DNA of 62,770 bases from a virus (Duplodnaviria > Caudoviricetes). The position numbers were made by a program, and so were the translations under genes. Location of the stretch: positions 1-62,770 of the IMG/VR virus record IMGVR_UViG_3300038492_000235; one strand, written 5' to 3'. Positions 56,158-62,770 of the stretch are shown one piece after another (the stretch's first letter is position 1; every line of letters begins with the position of its first letter). The notes below the pieces were generated by a model, which had not been told where the DNA came from, did no database searches, and saw only the letters and a program-made list of their open reading frames with translations.

Positions 56158-56496
56158 ATGACAAGATTGAAATTAGGTTTGACAGTTGTAGGGGGCTTGA
56201 TTGCACTATTATCATTGGTCCTGGGACTTCGATTAGCTGGTATCGGAATTTTTGCTGTTACCGAACCGTTGGCCGAAGATGCGCGGCGCACTGTTTATGA
56301 GAATAGTGCTTCGTATGTCCAGGGCAAGGTGCAATCTCTCAGTAAATACTATGCAGAGTATCATGCAGCCGGATCAACTGAAGAAACCAAAACTGCCCTG
56401 AAGGGCGTAATTCAAATGCAGTTTGCGGAATTTGATGCTGACGACATCAAAAATGACAAGCTGAAACAATTCCTAACAGATATGAGAGGATTCTAA
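56158..56496 (+). CDS. Membrane-anchored protein (paired with following lipoprotein)
   Basis: N-terminal TM; RRTVYENSASYVQG. Confidence 0.65.
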   Translation: MTRLKLGLTVVGGLIALLSLVLGLRLAGIGIFAVTEPLAEDARRTVYENSASYVQGKVQSLSKYYAEYHAAGSTEETKTALKGVIQMQFAEFDADDIKNDKLKQFLTDMRGF

Positions 56497-56498
56497 CT

Positions 56499-57026
56499 AT
56501 GTATCGCATTACTCAATTACCCGTTTTCAAGTTCTTCCTGGCAATTATCGTGTGCGCCTTGATGATGAGTATGGACGGCTGTGACAGCCGCGTGTCGGAT
56601 ACCGACGAAAAACAAACTGCCCAAACTGAGAAGTTGGTGGCGGAAGCCAACCGGCAGGTAGGCATGCCTAATATCGTGAATTTCCAAGAGCGGAAACTGG
56701 CAAAAATGATTCTGGAACTTCGCGATCAAGAAAACGTGATCAATTATTTTTATACTCAGGCGGAAATGACCGGTAAGCTCAATTACATCGGCCGATGTGT
56801 AGGCTTTGGAATTCCTGCATCAGTGCAATTTACAAACCCGGAAAGAGAAATCGGCACTGGCTTGAACGGAACTATTGCAACAATACCGCAACCAGACCCT
56901 TCTGGCCTCTTCATGCCGGACGGACTTGATGCTACTTTCGTTATGATGATCGACCCCAAAGACGGGAAACCCAAAGCAAGTTATTGGGAGCCGAAGATCG
57001 TAGTATCGCCATTCAAACTGCACTAA
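56499..57026 (+). CDS. Putative lipoprotein
   Basis: Signal peptide ending DGC; GMPNIVNFQERK, GFGIP, PQPDPSGLF. Confidence 0.7.
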   Translation: MYRITQLPVFKFFLAIIVCALMMSMDGCDSRVSDTDEKQTAQTEKLVAEANRQVGMPNIVNFQERKLAKMILELRDQENVINYFYTQAEMTGKLNYIGRCVGFGIPASVQFTNPEREIGTGLNGTIATIPQPDPSGLFMPDGLDATFVMMIDPKDGKPKASYWEPKIVVSPFKLH

Positions 57027-57041
57027 GGAGAATCGCCCAGG

Positions 57042-57377
57042 ATGGGATGGGACAAGGAGACGCGCAGACGCAAGTTCAAAGAGCTACGTGCTGAACTTGG
57101 GGGCAAATGCCATAACTGTCAAGGAACGCATTGCCCCGGACATTCCTGCAACCACTGGCATGGTCAATCATGCCTTGAGTTTGCTCACGTCCGCCCTACT
57201 GGACTCAATGGCCGGAGCCGGGGCAGCACTAGCCGCTACTATGATGTAAGGCGTAATAAGGACTGCTACCGGCTCATGTGCCACCACTGCCATCGGTTAT
57301 TTGATGATGGTTGGCTACAATTTATTGAAGATGAAAATCGATTTGTCGAAAGGATCGTGGAAGATGCAGGATTTTGA
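57042..57377 (+). CDS. HNH-like zinc-binding nuclease
   Basis: LGGKCHNC...LEFAH...LMCHHCH. Confidence 0.75.
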   Translation: MGWDKETRRRKFKELRAELGGKCHNCQGTHCPGHSCNHWHGQSCLEFAHVRPTGLNGRSRGSTSRYYDVRRNKDCYRLMCHHCHRLFDDGWLQFIEDENRFVERIVEDAGF

Positions 57378-57379
57378 TT

Positions 57380-57681
57380 ATGAATGATCCGGCAGTGCAA
57401 GTAGCAATGTTTATACTAATCATTTGCGCTTTCGCTATGCTGGGCATTACATTGAAAGTCACCGGTATATTAGAAAGTGTAAATCGATCAATGACAAAGG
57501 CGGTAGATCTCGCCAGAAAGATTAAACGATGAATTGGCCGAAAAGAATTCCTGTTGGCAAAAAGTTAAACATCATTTGGTTTGCAATTGCCGGTAGCATT
57601 TGTGGTGCCGTAGGCTTATGGATCTTCGCCGGTTGGTATGGCTTCGCAGAATTTTGGGAACTTGTGAAATCATTATTTTAA
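57380..57681 (+). CDS. Two coupled 50-aa single-TM proteins (57380-57532, 57529-57681)
   Basis: Read directly; ATGA overlap; below ORF-track cutoff. Confidence 0.5.
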
Positions 57682-57952
57682 TGCTACATTAGCATATGGA
57701 AAGACAGCCGAAAGACTTTGAATTTTACCGCATATATCTGGTAAGGGATAAGGGCCCAACTGTGTCCATCTCTCTTGCCCAGGGTGAGCTAGTGCTGACC
57801 GATTATAGGCAAATGGATACGTTAGAAGAATTTAACGATGTGATTAATTCATCTCCGCTCGGCTATTATCACAGCTTTCGCATTGAGGATGCGAAAGGCA
57901 CAACTCACGTATCAATTTTTGACCCTAACATAAAGGCAGTGGTGAAATCATA

Positions 57953-58240
57953 ATGGATATTGGACAATTAAAAGAGCAGATAGCCACTCTGACAGCGGAA
58001 CAGGAAACAGCCGAAGCAAAACTATTGGCGGCAATTGGAGAGCGGAAGAGGATGCGCTTACGGCTGTTTAGAGCCGAAGAGATTGTAAGCATGCTTATCA
58101 GGTATATAAGTTCAGACCCTAATTTTGATCCTGCGCTATATTTAAAGCTGAAGGAAACAGCCGAACAGTATTCATTTGAGGATGATAAGGATGTCGAGAC
58201 AGCCGAAACAGCCGAAGGGGATTCTAAAACGGACCTTTAA
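57953..58240 (+). CDS. Coiled-coil hypothetical protein
   Basis: Coupled ORF; contains ACAGC(C/G)GAA repeats. Confidence 0.55.
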   Translation: MDIGQLKEQIATLTAEQETAEAKLLAAIGERKRMRLRLFRAEEIVSMLIRYISSDPNFDPALYLKLKETAEQYSFEDDKDVETAETAEGDSKTDL

Positions 58241-58553
58241 CGGAAAATGGTTCTGGCAACTGAAAAATTCAAATACGGTTGCAATTCTGGAATCCGAAAC
58301 TTTTGAAAAGCCCGAGACAGCGGAACAACATTTTGCCGAGACAGCGGAACAGGTTTCGACAGCGGATAAAAACTGTATAGTGACCGGTGATGATACAAAT
58401 GGATATCGGTATAATATCATTGACGAACACACCAGACAGCGGAAAGCCTTTCAGCCCTGGGCATATATAACCAAGCATAAAGCAAGGCAATCAATGAAAC
58501 AAGCCATTGCAGATTTGAAAGAAGCAAATAGAAATGGAGATTTTGAAATATGA
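58191..58553 (+). CDS. Second YegP/DUF1508-like protein
   Basis: GKWFWQLKNSN..AILESETF; start uncertain (58176-58191). Confidence 0.6.
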   Translation: MSRQPKQPKGILKRTFNGKWFWQLKNSNTVAILESETFEKPETAEQHFAETAEQVSTADKNCIVTGDDTNGYRYNIIDEHTRQRKAFQPWAYITKHKARQSMKQAIADLKEANRNGDFEI

Positions 58554-58766
58554 ATAAAACAATAAGTGAATTTTTGCACAAACTACCTTTCCGGTTATCT
58601 GTGCCTATATTGGTATATCTTGACGAGCAAAAACGAATCGAAACCGATAAACTATTCCAGCAACTTCGTTAAATTTCTTTTCTTCGTTTCTGTGATATTC
58701 GTCACTTGACATATCAATGAGTAACTTATATTACTTGCGAACATCAAACAAGAAATGGAGAATACA

Positions 58767-59036
58767 ATGAAAAAAGTTAACACAATGCTTGACGGACAAT
58801 GGAAAGAAGTGCGGGATTCTCAGAAAGTTATGGAGTATTTGAATAAGCGCACTGAAGGTTATGGAGTAGAAGCGCTTTATTCGACTGAATCGGAAACAAT
58901 TTGCACATATGTTAATGTGGGCGATCATCATTTGCCAACATACATTCATTGCCTGATTACCGATAAGCTTTATTATATAGATATGGCAACATACTACCAA
59001 CGCAACGCATTAATGGGACCGGTTCAAGTTCATTAA
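58767..59036 (+). CDS. Early hypothetical protein
   Basis: Start reassigned to the ATG after GGAG RBS. Confidence 0.65.
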   Translation: MKKVNTMLDGQWKEVRDSQKVMEYLNKRTEGYGVEALYSTESETICTYVNVGDHHLPTYIHCLITDKLYYIDMATYYQRNALMGPVQVH

Positions 59037-59251
59037 ACCGAGTAGAGAATACACCAAAGAACAACCAACCAATTTAAGGTGTATTCTCCATACATCCCAA
59101 AAGCGCAATTGATCAAATGCCCAGTGGACCGTTCATCCGCTGGGCATTGCGCGTTTAAAAAGGAAATTTACTTTTTGTGATTTATTACTTGACAAAACAG
59201 TGAGTATGCCGTATATTATAAGTGAACATCAAACAAGAAATGGAGAATACA

Positions 59252-59821
59252 ATGATTACCAAGACTATCACCGGTTACACAATCGAAGAACTGAAAGAAC
59301 AAGGTAACACTGAACTAATTGAAAAGATTATCGAGAAAAACCGTAGCATTAATACGGAACTCGGTTGCTGTCTTGACATAGACGTAGATAACTGGAAAGA
59401 TCGCCTACTTTCAGAATACGGTATCGAGGCGAACAAAATCTATTACTCAATCGGATTCTGTCAAGGTGATTACGTAGCAATTGACGGCTGTATTTCTGAT
59501 CTCAAATTATTTATGCGCAAGCATAAAATGTATAATTCTTTCCGTTGTTTTTACGTTGTCGCCGATTCTGATTATGTCGTGACGATGGATGAAAGGCGCA
59601 ATAATCAGCGTGTAACGGTCTATGATGATTATGCAAGCGAAAAATGCGACAATCTGTTTGAAGATTTTGAAAGCACAGTTACCCAGGGTATCAGCGAATT
59701 GGCCGACACTATTATGTATGCCTTGCAAGAGCAAATCCTATTCATGAATTCCGACGATCAGGTTTTAGAGACTTTAAAAGCTAATGAATATCATTTTGAT
59801 GCAAATGGAGAAATTATTTAA
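59252..59821 (+). CDS. Acidic early protein
   Basis: IYYSIGFCQGD and C-terminal ANEYHFDANG; start after cassette RBS. Confidence 0.7.
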   Translation: MITKTITGYTIEELKEQGNTELIEKIIEKNRSINTELGCCLDIDVDNWKDRLLSEYGIEANKIYYSIGFCQGDYVAIDGCISDLKLFMRKHKMYNSFRCFYVVADSDYVVTMDERRNNQRVTVYDDYASEKCDNLFEDFESTVTQGISELADTIMYALQEQILFMNSDDQVLETLKANEYHFDANGEII

Positions 59822-59895
59822 TTTTCCACTTGACAAATCAGTGAGTAGGTATTATATTATAAGTGAACATCAAACAATAAGAAATGGAGAATACA

Positions 59896-60402
59896 ATGAA
59901 AAAGCTTACTATCGACGAACTGACAAACCGTTCAATCCTTCGCAATCAAGATCAACTGGTAAATTTCGTTTTCATCAATACTGATATGGGCGATGATCGT
60001 GCGCCATTTTCTCGCGAAGATATCTGCAACCAATATGAGCCCAGAGAAATTGATTGTCCGCTCGGGTCTACCTGGGAGATTACGCCAGAGAACCAAGACG
60101 AAAAGGCAAATGACGCTGAAAATATGGGACTTGATATTCTTGATGATGAGGAATTACATGATAAGTGGATGCAATTTGCCGACGAAATCCGGGATATGAC
60201 AGACTTTGATGATCGGGAAATTTTCACATGGTATTTGGTATCTGATCACTTTGGATGGTTCATTGAAGAACACACCAATTATCCATATATGAAAACCGAT
60301 GTTGGTTTCTTTTGGGGTCGCACTACCTTTGGTCAATTGATCGCCTCTGATTACGTAATGGAACAATACCACAAATACTATATGAAGAATTGCAACTTTT
60401 AA
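59896..60402 (+). CDS. Acidic early protein
   Basis: EIFTWYLVS...WGRTTFGQ; start after cassette RBS. Confidence 0.7.
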   Translation: MKKLTIDELTNRSILRNQDQLVNFVFINTDMGDDRAPFSREDICNQYEPREIDCPLGSTWEITPENQDEKANDAENMGLDILDDEELHDKWMQFADEIRDMTDFDDREIFTWYLVSDHFGWFIEEHTNYPYMKTDVGFFWGRTTFGQLIASDYVMEQYHKYYMKNCNF

Positions 60403-60530
60403 ATTTCCTCTCCGGGATAATTGACCCTCGTCAATATGTCAAGTTGACAATTCAGTATATTGCTAGTGTTCAAACAATGAGCACTAGCAATCGTTTAAGG
60501 ATAAACACAATAAGAAATGGAGAATTCAAA

Positions 60531-60770
60531 ATGACATTCAACAAAAAGAAAATCGCATTTCCGGTATTAGCTGCGCGGACAATCGTTAATGGTAAAATCG
60601 CAATTGTTGCCGCTCCTAAGCTTGGCACACTAAACACTCTCTGTGATGAAGCCCAGGCAAATCGGCCTAAGTTTCAAAATTTGAACTTGATTTCTAACGC
60701 TGCCGAGTTTAGAATGTATTCACATAGCGTGGAAATGTTTTTAGTTCCTACTGCATTCATGACAGCCTAA
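60531..60770 (+). CDS. Early hypothetical protein
   Basis: GGAG RBS before ATG 60531. Confidence 0.55.
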   Translation: MTFNKKKIAFPVLAARTIVNGKIAIVAAPKLGTLNTLCDEAQANRPKFQNLNLISNAAEFRMYSHSVEMFLVPTAFMTA

Positions 60771-60783
60771 CGGAGATATCAAA

Positions 60784-60960
60784 ATGACAACTCAAATTTT
60801 CAAAGCAACCGATTTTATCAGCATCCGCAATCGTCAAGGCTCATTTCAATTATTGAGTGATCGTATTCGCCGTAAAATCAATGGCGTATTTCATTACGGT
60901 TATCTTGCCAATATCAATGGCGCATGCCGGTTTGTATTTGAAACTAACATTGGAGTATAG
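60784..60960 (+). CDS. 58-aa early protein (not in ORF track)
   Basis: GGAG RBS; MTTQIFKATD...ETNIGV. Confidence 0.55.
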   Translation: MTTQIFKATDFISIRNRQGSFQLLSDRIRRKINGVFHYGYLANINGACRFVFETNIGV

Positions 60961-61233
60961 TAAGATGAAAATCAAAATTAGTAAAGACGAACAAGAATTT
61001 TTAGAGCGTTTAAAGCTTGATCTTTCTAACGCCCATACAGAAACGGTAAACGATGAAAACCCAAGTGGCTATACTCCACTTTACGATACCTGCCTTGCCG
61101 CTGAGGAGTTATTAGAAAGACTTGAATTAATGGGCATAATCGAACGGTAATATATTTTTTATCTTTCTACTTGACAAATCAGTGAGTATGCCGTATATTG
61201 TAAGTGAACATCAAAAAAGAAATGGAGAATACA

Positions 61234-61722
61234 ATGAACACAATTTTTGAACAAGTAAGACTACTATTTGATTTCGTCCGCGTCAATGGCTACGATATCA
61301 ACGCCGACAAAAGCGAACTGCAAAATATGCCTCGTAATATGCTAACGGTCTATGAAAATGCTCAGTATATGGCAACCACTCAAGGTAGCTCTGAAGCTAA
61401 CCATTATTTCGAAACTAACATTTGGTCATTTGTCCCTAAGCCCGATGATTGCCCAGCAAAGTTGACCACTCGCCAGTATTATGTGCTGATTGCAATTTGT
61501 GACTATCTTTGCACCCTTCCTATCGGCCAATACACATTTGATAATCTCAGAGTTGCCCAGCATTCCGGTATCAATCAAAAGGCCATCCATTTTGATGTTG
61601 TGCAAATGATCCGTCTTGATTTCCTTACCGGGATGTCGTATGGCACTATGCAACTATCACATGAAGCGCTCACACTGCCCAGGATCGGCGAATACGGCAA
61701 CCTTAGACGTTTCCAAGCTTAA
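61234..61722 (+). CDS. Early protein, possible C-terminal winged helix
   Basis: LTTRQYYVLIAI...VAQHSGINQKAI. Confidence 0.6.
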   Translation: MNTIFEQVRLLFDFVRVNGYDINADKSELQNMPRNMLTVYENAQYMATTQGSSEANHYFETNIWSFVPKPDDCPAKLTTRQYYVLIAICDYLCTLPIGQYTFDNLRVAQHSGINQKAIHFDVVQMIRLDFLTGMSYGTMQLSHEALTLPRIGEYGNLRRFQA

Positions 61723-61727
61723 TCCCT

Positions 61728-61781
61728 GAATATCTCGTGTGATGCCTCTTAGGGGGCATCATGCAAGGTATTCACTTTTTT
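61728..61781 (+). terminator. Intrinsic terminator
   Basis: GTGATGCCTC-TTAG-GGGGCATCAT extended stem followed by T-run. Confidence 0.65.
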
Positions 61782-61853
61782 GAACTTTTTACTTGACAAA
61801 ACAGTGAGTGTGCCGTATATTGTTTATGAACATCAAACAATATGGAGAATACA

Positions 61854-62186
61854 ATGAACATCAAAAGCATGGGATTCAGCACTAAAACGGATATCGAAAA
61901 AGAAGCAATGCCTCAATTCGGAATTGCCGTTTGTTCAACTATGTATATTGCAGAAACACGTAATGGCATCTTCTTTAAAGTTCAGCATTCTGGTAATGAT
62001 ATAGATCGATATGAATTTTCAGTTGCCGGATTGCGCAAAGCTGTAGCATCATTGCTCAGTTGTTCCAATAGAGCATATACCTTAATCTGTAGGGGCATGA
62101 ATCTTGATCAGATTCAGTATTGTCAGAAAATTCTTTCCGAATACGCAACTGCTAACGGCACAACTTTAAACATTACACATTATTAG
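61854..62186 (+). CDS. Early hypothetical protein
   Basis: Start after cassette RBS. Confidence 0.6.
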   Translation: MNIKSMGFSTKTDIEKEAMPQFGIAVCSTMYIAETRNGIFFKVQHSGNDIDRYEFSVAGLRKAVASLLSCSNRAYTLICRGMNLDQIQYCQKILSEYATANGTTLNITHY

Positions 62187-62200
62187 AAATGGAGAATGCA

Positions 62201-62404
62201 ATGAACAGACCCAAATTTATCATCGGTCAGATTTTGAACTTTGACTTTGAACGTGTCAAGGTCCGTAAGGTATTAGAGACTGCCCAGGGAGTGAAATACA
62301 TGCTGTTTTCCGCGCATGGTCTGCCCTTTCAGAATGCAGTTAGTGAAGATCAATTAAATGCGCTGCCGGAATGGTATTCGGCAAGTGCTCATTACGAATG
62401 GTAA
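62201..62404 (+). CDS. Early hypothetical protein
   Basis: GGAG RBS. Confidence 0.5.
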   Translation: MNRPKFIIGQILNFDFERVKVRKVLETAQGVKYMLFSAHGLPFQNAVSEDQLNALPEWYSASAHYEW

Positions 62405-62426
62405 TCATAAGGAAATGGAGAATGCT

Positions 62427-62729
62427 ATGTGTAGGAATTTCGAACTACCAAAAATTGGATTTTGCTTTACTCATAGAGAACGCGAAGCGTATAACGAAAT
62501 GCTGGGCAAACTGAAAGAAAGATGTGCGCAACTGGCTAAAGAATCCCATCGCTATACTACTGCCTTTGTGCCGTCAGAATTGAAAGATGCCTATACAAAA
62601 ACATGGCGCGCAGTTAATCATATGCAGCAGGCAGTTAAAAATATGCACGATGCCGGTTTATTGACTTTGGAAGACTGGCAAGCTATCACTGATACCGGAG
62701 AAGACGACAGCCCATTGTTTAATGACTAG
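62427..62729 (+). CDS. Early hypothetical protein
   Basis: GGAG RBS before ATG 62427. Confidence 0.55.
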   Translation: MCRNFELPKIGFCFTHREREAYNEMLGKLKERCAQLAKESHRYTTAFVPSELKDAYTKTWRAVNHMQQAVKNMHDAGLLTLEDWQAITDTGEDDSPLFND

Positions 62730-62770
62730 TTAACAAATCAGTGAGGTTTTTGAGCCATTTTGAAAAGTCG

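Larger units (their letters stand above)
58706..61856 (+). repeat. Five repeated promoter-leader-RBS cassettes (TTGACA at 58706, 59189, 59830, 61171, 61793)
   Basis: ACTTGACAAAWCAGTGAGT-N-TATATT...GAACATCAAACAA...ATGGAGAATACAATG before each gene; the 58706 copy has a slightly variant spacer. Confidence 0.85.

Noticed and set aside
1235-61653. Minus-strand ORFs in the track
   Set aside because: Nearly all are shadows of tightly coupled + strand genes or RNAs and show no recognisable motifs.

Overview
The window looks like a complete or near-complete ~62.8 kb tailed-phage (siphovirus-like) genome with essentially all genes on the + strand. Order: repeat-rich non-coding left end, terminase/portal/head/tail module (2.4-29.3 kb), repeat-rich intergenic gap (29.3-29.7 kb), replication module (SNF2 helicase, RecD-like helicase, family A DNA polymerase, primase-helicase; 30-43 kb), an RNA-rich operon (43.2-51.3 kb), then small early/host-takeover genes behind repeated sigma70-type promoter cassettes (51.3-62.8 kb). 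The standout is at 43.46-46.2 kb: a Ro60/Rsr (TROVE-vWA) gene preceded by six copies of a Y-RNA-like module (ACUGA-N8-9-GGUUAUC paired with CUUGU). Two copies are free-standing in normal Y RNA topology. Four are circularly permuted and inserted into the anticodon arm of tRNA bodies that keep open acceptor ends. Downstream are AEP-like and TopoVI-A/TOPRIM-like genes. The operon holds 24 ordinary tRNAs covering all 20 amino acids (none encodes CCA; 21 end N73-CAA), interspersed with several unassigned structured RNAs. Candidate anti-defence genes: Acb1-like 2H phosphoesterase, TIR-like protein apparently lacking the catalytic Glu, and a possible sponge. All calls come from reading motifs and base-pairing by eye; no database search or folding program was run.
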